A stretch of 64,000 nucleotides of DNA, taken from positions 2,272,001 to 2,336,000 of the forward strand of contig OZ242214.1 of the NCBI GenBank assembly GCA_965206595.1, given 5' to 3'. The notes below the pieces were generated by a model. That model searched no databases. It saw only the letters and a list, made by a program, of their open reading frames with translations, and was not told the DNA's origin. Made by a program: the position numbers and the translations under genes. This document shows positions 26,148-36,185 of this stretch, in pieces. This DNA is from Candidatus Latescibacterota bacterium (lineage in GTDB: Bacteria; Latescibacterota; UBA2968; UBA8231). Positions within the stretch are counted from its first letter, which is position 1. Each line of letters opens with the position of its first letter.

Positions 26148-28457
26148 ATGAACCTCACGTGGAATTCAGTCCCTGTCGCAAATGTCTCACGGGCCCTGCT
26201 CGACGCCACCGCGGGACGACGCCTGGCAGCCCGGATTCTGGCCGGGCGCGGCATCGACGACCCCGAAGAAGCGCGGCGATTTCTCGACCCGGATGCCTAC
26301 AGCCCGGCCGAGCCGGAGTCCCTGCACGACCTGGAGCACGGGGTCGAACGCATCGAAAAGGCGATCCGCGACAGAGAGCGCATCCTGGTATGGGGTGACT
26401 TCGACGTCGACGGACAGACCTCGACGGCCCTGTTCGTCTCCATGCTGGAACGGCTCGGGGCGCAGGTCTCCTACCACATTCCGATCCGCGAGCACGAGTC
26501 GCACGGCATCCTGCCGCAGGTCCTGAAGCGCTACATCGAAAAGGGCTTTGGAGGACTGCTGCTGACCTGCGACACCGGGATCGCCGCGGTCGAAGGGGCA
26601 GCGCTCGCCCGTGAAGCGGGCATCGACGTCGTCATAACCGATCACCACGATCTGCCCGAGCTGCTGCCCGACGCCCTCGCCTTGATCAATCCGAAGTTTC
26701 ACGATGGGGACCACCCGTTGAGCGGCCTTCCCGGCGTGGGCGTGGCCTACAAGGTCATCGAGGCGCTCTTTACCCGGGCAGGACGCGAGGCGGAGCTGGA
26801 CGAGTGCCTGGACCTGGTGGCGGTCGGCATCGTCGCCGATCTGGCGCAGCAGAAGGCGGACACGCGCTACCTCCTGCAGCGCGGGCTCGAGGTGCTGCGG
26901 AGGACGCAGCGGCCGGGGTTGCTGAAGCTCATCCACATGGCCGGGGTCGAACAGGCTCTGGTCCACGACGAGGACATCAGTTTCCAGCTCGCTCCGCGAC
27001 TCAACGCGGTGGGGCGGCTTGCCGACGCCAATGTCTCGGTGCCGCTGCTGACCACGGCGGACGAGGACGAGGCGGAAGGGATCGCCGAACAGCTGGAGCG
27101 CCTGAACGAGGACCGCAAGTTCGAGACCGCCGTCGTCTACGAGTCAGCGGTGGAGCACCTGCACCAGGAACCTTCGCTGCTGCAGTATGCGGCGCTGGTG
27201 TTGTCGAATCCGCGGTGGCACGAAGGCGTCATCGGCATCGTCGCCAGCCGGCTGGTCGAGGAGTTCGGCAAGCCGACGATCATGCTGGCCTCCCCCGAGG
27301 GCAAGCCGGCGCGCGGGTCGGCGCGCTCGGTCGAGGGCTACCACATCACCCGGGCGATCGCGACGCAGTCCGGCATGCTGCTGGGATTCGGGGGGCATCC
27401 GATGGCGGCGGGGTTGTCGCTGGAAGCGGCCAACATCGAGGCGTTCAGGCGCGGCGTCTCCAAGGCTCTCGTCGACCAGCGCACGGGACGAGCCCCCGAG
27501 CCGACCCTCGGCGTCGAGCTCGAACTGCCGCTGCGGGAGCTCACCCTCGACAGCGCCCTGGAGCTCGAGGCGCTCGCCCCGTTCGGTCCCGGGAATCCCC
27601 CCGTCAACATTCTGTGCCGCGGGCTGCAGGTGGAGGAAGACCGGCCGATCGGCAAGGACAAGGCGCACCGGAAACTCACGGTCAGCGATGTCGCGGGGGA
27701 CAAGCGCGAGGTCCTGTGGTGGAGCAGTGCGGACGTAGCGCTGCCCAAGGGACGCCTCGACATGGTCGTGCGCGTGAGGCCGGGGTTCTTCCGCGGCGAG
27801 CAGACCCTGTCGATCGCGCTGAAGGATTACGCTCAATCCGGCATAGCCGCTACCGTGGAGGCTGTTGGACCGGCAGTCGCCGTCATCGACTGCCGGGCGG
27901 AGCCGGCGCCGGAGGACCGGCTCGCCGAGATCGCGGCCGAGGGATCCGGGGCGCAGGTCTGGGGTGAGGCGGACGCCCGGTCGGGGGCGAAGCCGCGCGC
28001 GCAGCTGAAGCCGGGTGAGACCCTCGTCGTCTGGAGCTCGCCGCCCGGCCAGGCCGAGGTGACCGGCGTATTGACGAGGGTGAAGCCAGAGCAGGTCTAC
28101 GTGTTCGCGCAGGATCCCGGAGTCGACACATACGAAGCGTTCACGCGACGGCTGGGGGGGCTGGTCAAGTTCGCCATCGCCGAATACAACGGTTGCAGCT
28201 CGATCGCCGGACTGGCAGGCGCCATGGCGCACACTGAGCGCACGGTGACATGCGGGCTGGGGGTGCTGCCGGCGATGGGGGTTCGGGCCAAGCGCGAAGA
28301 GGGCGGAACGGTTCGGTTCGAGCGCTGTGTAGTGGCCGATGTGTCGGAATGCGCCCAAAGGCTTCGCGTCCTGCTGGACGAAGCGCGAACTTTCCGGAAG
28401 TTCTTTGGGAGGGCAGGTGACGTTGCCGGTTTCTTTGCGAACGTGGATAGCGGCTGA
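26148..28457 (+). CDS. recJ: Single-stranded-DNA-specific exonuclease RecJ
   Basis: GDFDVDG, TCDTG, ITDHH, PRLNAVGRL, GSARS, GGHPMAAG, APFGPGNP. Confidence 0.95.
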   Translation: MNLTWNSVPVANVSRALLDATAGRRLAARILAGRGIDDPEEARRFLDPDAYSPAEPESLHDLEHGVERIEKAIRDRERILVWGDFDVDGQTSTALFVSMLERLGAQVSYHIPIREHESHGILPQVLKRYIEKGFGGLLLTCDTGIAAVEGAALAREAGIDVVITDHHDLPELLPDALALINPKFHDGDHPLSGLPGVGVAYKVIEALFTRAGREAELDECLDLVAVGIVADLAQQKADTRYLLQRGLEVLRRTQRPGLLKLIHMAGVEQALVHDEDISFQLAPRLNAVGRLADANVSVPLLTTADEDEAEGIAEQLERLNEDRKFETAVVYESAVEHLHQEPSLLQYAALVLSNPRWHEGVIGIVASRLVEEFGKPTIMLASPEGKPARGSARSVEGYHITRAIATQSGMLLGFGGHPMAAGLSLEAANIEAFRRGVSKALVDQRTGRAPEPTLGVELELPLRELTLDSALELEALAPFGPGNPPVNILCRGLQVEEDRPIGKDKAHRKLTVSDVAGDKREVLWWSSADVALPKGRLDMVVRVRPGFFRGEQTLSIALKDYAQSGIAATVEAVGPAVAVIDCRAEPAPEDRLAEIAAEGSGAQVWGEADARSGAKPRAQLKPGETLVVWSSPPGQAEVTGVLTRVKPEQVYVFAQDPGVDTYEAFTRRLGGLVKFAIAEYNGCSSIAGLAGAMAHTERTVTCGLGVLPAMGVRAKREEGGTVRFERCVVADVSECAQRLRVLLDEARTFRKFFGRAGDVAGFFANVDSG

Positions 28458-28738
28458 GATCTTGTATGGCACCTCCGATCATACAATGAGGGCGGCAACA
28501 TCCCCCCGCCCGTAGACGGGATCTCCCGCGCGCCCAGGAGAGCGGCTCGAACCCTCCGCCCGGCTGCCCGGCCGGGAGCCTGCACGTCGACAACGCCCGC
28601 TTCTTCCACACCCATCCCGGTTTTCCCATGCCGGCGTACGCCGGCTTCGCTCCAACCCTTCTTTTCGCAGCAGCGTCCGCAGAAAAAAATGAAGTGACAG
28701 ATTTCCTCCCGGCAGGTGTTCAACCTGGCAAGACCGGC

Positions 28739-29212
28739 ATGGATATCGAGGACCTCTACCGCCAGTACGGGCCCATGGTGATGCGGCGATGCAGGCAGCT
28801 TCTCAGGGATGACGAGCAGGCCATGGATGCCACTCAGGACGTCTTTGTGCTGCTCTTGCAGCGCCGGTCGCGGCTGAAGGCGGACTATCCGTCGAGCCTG
28901 CTCTACCGCATGGCCACCAACCTGTGTCTGAACCGGATCAGGGACGGTAAGCGGCGGCGGGAAACCGCGGACGGCGGGCTCATCGACCGCATCGCGGACG
29001 CAGGGGAACTGGAACCGAGACTGACGGCCCGTTCGGTGCTGGAGCGGTTGTTCGGAGGCCATCAGGATTCCACCCGCGTCATCGCCGTGCTGCACTACGT
29101 CGACGGGATGACCCTGGAAGAGGTCGCAGGCGAGGTCGGCATGTCGGTCTCCGGAGTGCGCAAGCGGCTTCGCAACTTGCGCCGGAGCCTGGCAGAACTG
29201 GAGAAGAGATGA
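28739..29212 (+). CDS. ECF (sigma-70 group 4) RNA polymerase sigma factor
   Basis: 'LYRQYGPMV…AMDATQDVF…LYRMATNLCLN' (region 2) and 'GMTLEEVAGEVGMSVSGVRKRL' (region 4). Confidence 0.92.
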   Translation: MDIEDLYRQYGPMVMRRCRQLLRDDEQAMDATQDVFVLLLQRRSRLKADYPSSLLYRMATNLCLNRIRDGKRRRETADGGLIDRIADAGELEPRLTARSVLERLFGGHQDSTRVIAVLHYVDGMTLEEVAGEVGMSVSGVRKRLRNLRRSLAELEKR

Positions 29213-30075
29213 ATCGCAAAACCACCGGCGGACCGGTCCCGGACTGGAAGCTCGAGCGCTACCTGCTCGGAGAGCTGCCTCCCGGGGAGGTAGAGGCAAT
29301 CCGCGGCATGACGCTCGAGGACACGGAACTTCAGGGGCGCGTCGAGGCCCTCGGGCAATCCGGCGCCGAGATACTCGAACGCTATCCGCCGGCCTGGATG
29401 AGCCGCCGGATCGAGCAGCGGTCACGGAAGGAAGCGGTCAGCCGGACTCGTGGAGGGAGGTCGTTCGCACGCATTCCCGGCTGGATCTGGCCGCTGCCGG
29501 CCCTGGTCGCGGCTTTCCTGTTGATGGTTCTGCCGGCGCGCCAGGAGATCGACGATGCGGCAACCGGGCCTGCGGGTTCCGGTGCGCAGGTGCGGATCAA
29601 GGGCATGGAGCCGCAGCTGATGCTGTATCGCAAGACTTCGATGCAAAGTGAAGGGATTTTGGGAAGCGAAAGGTTGCAGGACCGCCAGGAAGTCCGGCCC
29701 GGCGACGTCGTTCAGGTCGTGTACTGGTCCGGCAAACATGGTTACGGTGCGATTCTTTCCATCGATGGGCGGGGCAGCCTCACCTGGCACTTGCCGCCGG
29801 ACGGCGGCGAGGCGGCGAGGCTGCAGGAGGGCAGAGTGCCGCTTGAGTTCGCCTACGAGCTCGATGACGCTCCCGAGTTCGAACGCTTCTACTTCATCAC
29901 CGCGGATTCGCCGTTTCAGCTGGGGAAGGTCGCGGCCTCGGCGGTCGAAGGCGCGTCTCAGGTCAGAGACCGGACCGGTACGGAATCGAAGCCGGCGGAC
30001 CTCGATTCCCTGAACCTCCCCCGGCGTTTCAGCCAGTTCACGATCACGCTCAGCAAAGGACCGGACATTGAATAA
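29209..30075 (+). CDS. Putative anti-sigma factor: N-terminal ASD-like domain, one TM helix, extracytoplasmic DUF4384-like domain
   Basis: 'LERYLLGEL' N-terminus; TM 'WIWPLPALVAAFLLMVL'; 'ILSIDGRG…LP…ELDDAP..ERF'. Overlaps the sigma factor stop. Confidence 0.75.
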   Translation: MNRKTTGGPVPDWKLERYLLGELPPGEVEAIRGMTLEDTELQGRVEALGQSGAEILERYPPAWMSRRIEQRSRKEAVSRTRGGRSFARIPGWIWPLPALVAAFLLMVLPARQEIDDAATGPAGSGAQVRIKGMEPQLMLYRKTSMQSEGILGSERLQDRQEVRPGDVVQVVYWSGKHGYGAILSIDGRGSLTWHLPPDGGEAARLQEGRVPLEFAYELDDAPEFERFYFITADSPFQLGKVAASAVEGASQVRDRTGTESKPADLDSLNLPRRFSQFTITLSKGPDIE

Positions 30076-32569
30076 GAGAGCTGCCGTTCTGTATCTGGCG
30101 GGGGCGCTGTGCGCCGCCGATGGAGCCCTGGCCGCGTCCGCGTCCGCGGGCACCTTGCGGCGGTTCGTCGTTATCGCCGGCGCCAACTACGGCGGCAGCG
30201 ATCGCGTGCCCCTGCGCTACGCGGTGACGGACGGGGAGAACTTCGCGAAGGTGCTGGAGGAGATGGGAGGAGTGGAAGCGGGAGACCGCACCCTGCTGCG
30301 GGAGCCCAGCCGCGACCAGTTGAACCGGGCGTTGAGGGAGGTGCGGGAAAGGGTGGACGGCGCCGCTCAACAGGGACGGACGGAGGTGGTGTTGTACTAC
30401 TCCGGCCACGCGGACGAGAAGGGGCTGCTGCTGGGAGACGAGCGCTTCGCCTACCAGCAGCTGCGCCGCGAAATGGAGTCGATCCCCGCCGACGTCCATA
30501 TCACGGTATTGGACGCCTGCGCATCGGGCGCCATCACCCGGCTCAAGGGAGGGCGGCGCTACGAGTCGTTCCTGATAGACGATTCCATGGACATGGAGGG
30601 GTACGCCTTCATCACCTCCAGCTCGGAGGACGAAGCGGCCCAGGAATCGGATCGCATCAACGGCTCCTTCTTCACCCACTACCTGGTGTCCGGACTGCGC
30701 GGCGCCGCCGACGTCAACGGCGACGGCCGGGTCACCCTCAGCGAGGCCTACCAGTTCGCTTTCAGCGAGACGTTGACACGGACCGCGGGAACGCAGGGCG
30801 GGGCGCAGCATCCGGCCTACGACATCAACCTGACCGGTACCGGGGACGTGGTCATGACCGACGTGCGCGAGACCTCGGCGGGTGTGGTGCTGGGGGAGGG
30901 ACTGCATGGCCGCTTCTTCATCCGCAACGCCAACGAGCAGCTGGTCGCCGAGTTGTTCAAGCCGGCGGGGCGCTTTGTGGAGCTCGGCCTGGAGCCGGGC
31001 AGGTACGTGGTGCACGTCGAGCGGCTCGAGAGTCTGCGCACATCCGAATTGAGCCTGGAGGAGGGCCAGCGGCTGACGATTGAGGAATCGGATTTCGTCG
31101 AGGCGGAGCGGGTGCGGACCGCCTTGCGGGGCGGTTCGGGGGGCATCCCGGTGGAACTGTCCGACCAGTACGACTTCTTCACCGGCGAAGAGGGCTATTC
31201 CCTTTCCCTGAGCGTGCTTCTCAACAAGAAACAGACCCCGTTCAACGGCCTGCAGGCGGCGCTGCTGGTCACCAGCTCCCGACACGGCACTGCCTCGCAG
31301 GTTGCCGGCATCGCCAACCTCGCCCAAGGAAGCGTATCCGACCTGCAGCTGTCGCCGTTTCTCAACCACGCCAGCGGCGGCGTCGGCAAGGCCCAGCTCG
31401 GATTTGCCAACTTCGCGGAGGAGTCGGTGGGTATGGGGCAGCTTGCCGGCGGCGTCAACTACGCCGGAGCGCGGACGGAAGCGCAGTTAGCCGGTTTCGC
31501 CAATTTTGCCAGAAAAGAGATCGGATTCGCGCAGGGCAGCGGTGGCGTCAACTACGCGGGCAGCGACGTAGAGAGAATACAGGGAGCCGGGTTGCTGAAC
31601 TTCGCCGTGGGATCGGTGGGATTCGGGCAGCTGACAGGAGGGGTCAATTACGCCGGCGGTGACGTGAAAATGTTACAGGGAGCGGGGGTGCTGAACTTCG
31701 CCAACCATTCCGTAGGATTCGGCCAATTCTCAGGAGGGGTCAACTACATCGGCGGCCGCCAGGAAACGCAACTGCAGGCGGGTGCCTTCGCGAACCTCAC
31801 TCGTGGGGATGTCGGCGCCGGCCAGGGCACGTTCGGCCTCAACTTCGCCGAAGGGGACGTCTCCTGGGCCCAGTTGGCCGGCGTCGCGAACGCGGCTCTC
31901 GGCGACCTGACCGGCGTGCAGCTGGCGTCCATTGCGAACTACGCGGGTGAACTGCGAGGTGCCCAGGGCGCCATCGGCCTCAACGTCGCCCAAGGAGTTA
32001 AAGGCATTCAGGCCGGTGCCGTGAACGTGGCGCGCACAGTGGAGGGCGCCCAGATCGGCCTTGTCAACGTTTCAGAAACCATCGAGGGACCGTCGATCGG
32101 CCTGTTCACCTACTCGAGGAACGGCCTGTTCAACCTCAGTGTCTGGGGCGATGAAACCGGCCTCTACCATCTGACCGCGACCACCGGCAGCCGCAGCGTC
32201 TTCACCTCCCTGTCGGCCGGTTTCACGCCGCTGAAATCGAAAAGGGCCTACTCGTTCGGATTGGGCACCGGGATGCACTTCGACCGGGATCCCGACTTCC
32301 TCGAGGTCGACATCAACAATTATTTCGTCGTGGATGAATTCGACGAATCGGACCAGGACCAGAACGTCAACAACCTGTCCCGGCTGCGGGCCTCCGTCGG
32401 ATACGAGGCGGTGCCGGGGATTGCATTCTTTGGCGGAATTTCCTGCAACCTGCTGTGGATGGGGGAGGATTCACAGGTGACGCGTCCCGAGGGGGATTAC
32501 GAGATCGAGATCGGCGATGAGTACCGAGGCTGGGTGGGATTCCACGCGGGAATGCGCATGGGGCGGTGA
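30068..32569 (+). CDS. Exported caspase-like (peptidase C14) protease with LA_2272-like beta-repeats and a C-terminal beta-strand region
   Basis: Signal peptide; catalytic YYSGHA and LDACAS; 'AQESDRINGSFFTHYLVSGLRGAAD.NGDG.VTL.EAY'; ~20-aa GQL.G..N.A repeats. Confidence 0.88.
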   Translation: MNKRAAVLYLAGALCAADGALAASASAGTLRRFVVIAGANYGGSDRVPLRYAVTDGENFAKVLEEMGGVEAGDRTLLREPSRDQLNRALREVRERVDGAAQQGRTEVVLYYSGHADEKGLLLGDERFAYQQLRREMESIPADVHITVLDACASGAITRLKGGRRYESFLIDDSMDMEGYAFITSSSEDEAAQESDRINGSFFTHYLVSGLRGAADVNGDGRVTLSEAYQFAFSETLTRTAGTQGGAQHPAYDINLTGTGDVVMTDVRETSAGVVLGEGLHGRFFIRNANEQLVAELFKPAGRFVELGLEPGRYVVHVERLESLRTSELSLEEGQRLTIEESDFVEAERVRTALRGGSGGIPVELSDQYDFFTGEEGYSLSLSVLLNKKQTPFNGLQAALLVTSSRHGTASQVAGIANLAQGSVSDLQLSPFLNHASGGVGKAQLGFANFAEESVGMGQLAGGVNYAGARTEAQLAGFANFARKEIGFAQGSGGVNYAGSDVERIQGAGLLNFAVGSVGFGQLTGGVNYAGGDVKMLQGAGVLNFANHSVGFGQFSGGVNYIGGRQETQLQAGAFANLTRGDVGAGQGTFGLNFAEGDVSWAQLAGVANAALGDLTGVQLASIANYAGELRGAQGAIGLNVAQGVKGIQAGAVNVARTVEGAQIGLVNVSETIEGPSIGLFTYSRNGLFNLSVWGDETGLYHLTATTGSRSVFTSLSAGFTPLKSKRAYSFGLGTGMHFDRDPDFLEVDINNYFVVDEFDESDQDQNVNNLSRLRASVGYEAVPGIAFFGGISCNLLWMGEDSQVTRPEGDYEIEIGDEYRGWVGFHAGMRMGR
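31290..32080 (+). repeat. Intragenic tandem repeats encoding G(Q/A)(L/G).G..N(Y/F)A units
   Basis: Recurring 'GGCGGCGTCAACTACGCC'-like DNA units at ~120-nt periodicity. Confidence 0.7.
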
Positions 32570-32696
32570 GTGAAGGGGGGGACGGTTGAAGGCAGGCACT
32601 TTCTTCAGCTCAGCTGCCCACCGTGTTCAATCGTTTCCTAATCGGTGGGGACAATATAATATGCTTCCCCGCCCCGGCGATTTATTGGCAGCGTCT

Positions 32697-33041
32697 CTAT
32701 GCCTCTTCTCCAACGATGTCTTTCAGTTGCTGGATGAGGGGAGGCAAGTCAGTCTCAACTATCTTCCACAGGATATCGAGATTGACGTCATCGTAGCCGT
32801 GAACCAGGCGGTTGCGCATTCCGATGATTTGGGGCCATTGGATTTCCGGGTGAGACTGCTGTGTCTCCTCGGAAACGCGATTGGCCGCTTCGCCAAGAAT
32901 CTCCACCAATTTCTGCATGGCGAGTTGCATTACTCGATCTTTTTCAAAATCCTTCAGACTTGTCTGGCCGGACAAGGCGGCGGCTTCCCTGGCGTAGATG
33001 AGCATATCCACAAGTCTTACCTGATCATCACGTCTGCTCAT
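32697..33041 (-). CDS. hepT: HepT-like (DUF86) HEPN ribonuclease toxin
   Basis: 'EILGEAA…IPW-like…GMRNRLVHGY' (RX4HxY motif); overlaps the MNT gene. Confidence 0.9.
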   Translation of the reverse strand: MSRRDDQVRLVDMLIYAREAAALSGQTSLKDFEKDRVMQLAMQKLVEILGEAANRVSEETQQSHPEIQWPQIIGMRNRLVHGYDDVNLDILWKIVETDLPPLIQQLKDIVGEEA

Positions 33042-33339
33042 ACTGAATCTCCGCGGAATTGAGAATCTCCTCCCGGAGCACCCAATTGCGGCTTCTTTCG
33101 ATACCCCTGAAAGTGTGCATATCCACTCGCTGGCCAAATATCTCCGACAATTCGTCCTGCATGGTGATGAACTCCAGTCCAGGCGTCCGGCCGGGTGCGA
33201 ACTCGACCAGCACATCGATGTCGCTCTCGGGCGTGAAATCATCGCGCAGCACCGAGCCGAACAGGGCCATGCGCCGGATGTGATGGCGGCGGCAAAATTC
33301 GGCAATCCTGTTTTTGGGAATGTCGATCCTCGTGCTCAT
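33028..33339 (-). CDS. mntA: MntA-like minimal nucleotidyltransferase antitoxin
   Basis: 'LFGSVLRDDFTPESDIDVLVEF' (GSX10DXD motif). Confidence 0.9.
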   Translation of the reverse strand: MSTRIDIPKNRIAEFCRRHHIRRMALFGSVLRDDFTPESDIDVLVEFAPGRTPGLEFITMQDELSEIFGQRVDMHTFRGIERSRNWVLREEILNSAEIQYEQT

Positions 33340-33467
33340 GTAGTTATCTCCGACCAGGCAAACTGTTTCAGATCATTTCAGGCTCGCCATGAACTTTCAA
33401 TCGAAAAATCGCTTCAGGGCAAATAGGTATGGAGCAAGTTCCATCGCGCTCCCTGCTTTATTTGTCG

Positions 33468-34802
33468 TCAGGCTTCCGAAAGCTTTTCCATCATGGGCCG
33501 AATCATTTCATTTAATTTCTCCTTGAGGACCTGCAGATCCCGACCCATGTATTGGAAATTAAAAAAACGAATTCTAGATTTTCTTCTTGTGTTGAACTCA
33601 GCCCTAAAATTTCCAAACATTCCCATCCGAGTCCGTTTCATTGTCAATCCGCAAGGAAATTTTTTCGCCATGCTTTCCCTTGAAGTTTTCCAATGTGGAC
33701 ATTATGTGAGTGAAAATGGAAATTGCATTTTCTGGCCAGTCATCTTTTCTCTCCTCAAGCTGAAATATTTGGATTTGGCTGTTAGTGTCCCTTACAGCTG
33801 AATCCCCGGAAACTTCGATTTCCTGGAATGCCTTGGAAAACATTGTGACCTTCTCTTCGCAAAAGAGTAGAAGGGATTCAGCACCTGCTCTCCATACGCC
33901 CTTGCATCGATTGTGCCGCTCATAACCTTCTGCAAGAAGAGTGCGATCTCCATGTCTATATCCTCGACGTCTTCAATACTTTCTCCACGGGCGGCCTTCA
34001 GGTGGAGATTCAGGGCGTACCTGCAACAGCCGGCAAGAAATGCGATGAATTCCCCCAGATCTTCGCTCTGGTCGGCCTGCTCCAGCATTTCGATGTACCG
34101 GCTTCTCTCATCCCTGGGTACGATCGCAACGGTGTACCCGTGCTTGATCAGGATCATGTTCATAAGGAGCCGCGCCATGCGCCCGTTCCCGTCGTCAAAA
34201 GGATGGATGCGCACAAAGCGGTAGTGAAATGTAGCCGCAACGACTATGGGATGCTCGCCCTCCTTCTCCTTGGTTCTGTACCAGTCAATCAGGTCGGTCA
34301 TCGCCGGTTTCACCTGCTCCGGCGGTGTATAGTGGTATATCTCGCCGGTTGAGGTCAGCACGGTATTCGGCTGCGTTTTGTAGTCTCCGATAGCGACCAG
34401 CCGCTTCGCAGGCTGTCCGTCGAGTGTCACTGCTTCGACTTCATAGGGCTCCTTCAGCAAAATCCTGTGAAGATTGCGGATGAAGACCTCGCTGAATGCC
34501 TCGTCCGTCTTCGCCGCTTCCTCCATCGCCTTTACCGCCTCGTTGTGTCCCTCGATGTCGAGATGATCCCGCATCGGCTTGCCGCGGGCGGTGAGTCCGT
34601 GAAGGATCAGGCTCCTCGTTTCTCCGAGGGTCAGGCTGTTGCCTTCCAAGGCATTGGAGTGATAGTTGGAATCGATCCTGAGCTTTTGCCCAACTCGATC
34701 CACCACACCGGATGGCAGCGGCCTAAACTCTTCCAGTTCCCTCTTCAACCGGTCGATCTCTTCGATTATAGTCGAGCCGGTCGGTCCGTCGTTGTCGTTC
34801 AT
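33468..34802 (-). CDS. Fic-domain protein; C-terminal extension broken by two homopolymer frameshifts (~33860, ~33607)
   Basis: HPFDDGNGR and 'SNALEGN'. The downstream frames (33604..33843, 33468..33671) join via single-T indels. Confidence 0.85.
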
Positions 34803-34854
34803 GATCCCCCCGTTACGGCTTGCGGCGTATCCTCAGGGATGAACCCCACCCCGG

Positions 34855-35829
34855 TCACAGCGGCAGCCGCGTCCCGATGCCGGCTTCTACCGCAACACGG
34901 TACACGCGGATGGCGGTAGCCATGTCCTCCAGGGCGATGCCGAGGTTCATGGCGATTATTCGTTCGTCCTCCCGCTCGCGGCCCGGCTTGAGGCCGGCGG
35001 CGAGCTCCCCCATGTCGGCGTACGCCTGCGGCGTCTGCCCGAAGTACCCTTCCCCCCGGTAGTACTCCATCTGGGCGAGGTCGTCGGTGGCGATCTTGTC
35101 CGCCTGCTCCAGGGCCGCCCCCTGCCAGTAGGAATCGAAGTCGACGGCGCTGGCGAAGCCCCCGGGCTCGAGCCAGTCCGCGGCGATGGCGGGTTCGGGG
35201 TTCTTTAGTATCGGTCCCGCGGTGACGACGAGGTCGGCGCCCCGCAAGGCATCGCGCGGGTCGGCCGCCGGCACTACCTCCAGGCCAAGCTGATCCTGTA
35301 TGTCGAAGGCGTACTCCCTTACCCGCTCCGGGTGGGGGTCGAAGGCGCGCACCTTCTTCAGTTCGAACAGGGTGGCGAGGGCATGGGCGTTACTGCGGCC
35401 CTGGACGCCGCAGCCGAGGACGGCGACGGTCGAGCTGTCCGGGCGCGCCAGGTAGCGGGCGGCGAGAGCGGTCGCCGCGCCGGTGCGCATCGCCGTGATC
35501 CAGGTGGCGTCCATGACGGCGAGGGGAATCCCGGTCAGGGGATCGTTGAGCACCAGCAGCCCGGTGATGTAGGGGAGGCCGCGCGCCTGGTTGCCGGGGT
35601 ACCCGGAGACCCACTTCATGCCTGCCGCCTCCAGGCTGGGGATGTACGCCGGCATGGCGTGGATGAAAGCGTCGGGGCGCGTGTGGATTCCGGGTTTCGG
35701 CGGCATCTCGACGTTGCCCTGCCCCTTCTCCCGGAACATCTCCTCCAGGGCGGCGACGATGTCGGCCATCGGCAGGTCGACTGCCTCGATGTCCTCTCGC
35801 GACAGGTAGAGCAGGGTGGGTTGCGTCAT
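34855..35829 (-). CDS. Ornithine cyclodeaminase / mu-crystallin family protein
   Basis: 'HAMPAY', 'KWVSGYPGN', 'TAMRTGA', 'GCGVQG', 'GIALEDMA'. Confidence 0.92.
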   Translation of the reverse strand: MTQPTLLYLSREDIEAVDLPMADIVAALEEMFREKGQGNVEMPPKPGIHTRPDAFIHAMPAYIPSLEAAGMKWVSGYPGNQARGLPYITGLLVLNDPLTGIPLAVMDATWITAMRTGAATALAARYLARPDSSTVAVLGCGVQGRSNAHALATLFELKKVRAFDPHPERVREYAFDIQDQLGLEVVPAADPRDALRGADLVVTAGPILKNPEPAIAADWLEPGGFASAVDFDSYWQGAALEQADKIATDDLAQMEYYRGEGYFGQTPQAYADMGELAAGLKPGREREDERIIAMNLGIALEDMATAIRVYRVAVEAGIGTRLPL

Positions 35830-35963
35830 TTTGTTCCTACCGGTTCTGCCAACCCCTGAAGTTTTCCATGTCCGGCAGGATCGCCTGGCCGCGCTCGAGG
35901 CGCTCGACCGGGATCTTCACCACTTCCCACATGTTCTGTTCTCCTGAATCATAGTGTGATGGC

Positions 35964-36185
35964 TTACTCGCCAGTGACGATGTCGGAGCGCTCGCAGCCC
36001 AGCCCGGAGCACAGCTTGGAGACCTCCTCCTCCTCGACCTCGTTCTCGCCGTTGACGACGATGGCGGTGAGGCGCTCGTAGCTCAGGCCGACGGCGTTGG
36101 CGAGCTGAAACTTGAACAGGAAGTTCCGTGCCATCATGATGCGCTGCAGAGCTCTTAGGTCGATTCGCGGCAACGGAACCTCCAC
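35964..36185 (-). CDS. Small XRE/Cro-type HTH protein
   Basis: 'QLANAVGLSYERLTAIVVNG…VSKLCSGLGC…DI'. Start uncertain. Confidence 0.6.
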   Translation of the reverse strand: MEVPLPRIDLRALQRIMMARNFLFKFQLANAVGLSYERLTAIVVNGENEVEEEEVSKLCSGLGCERSDIVTGE

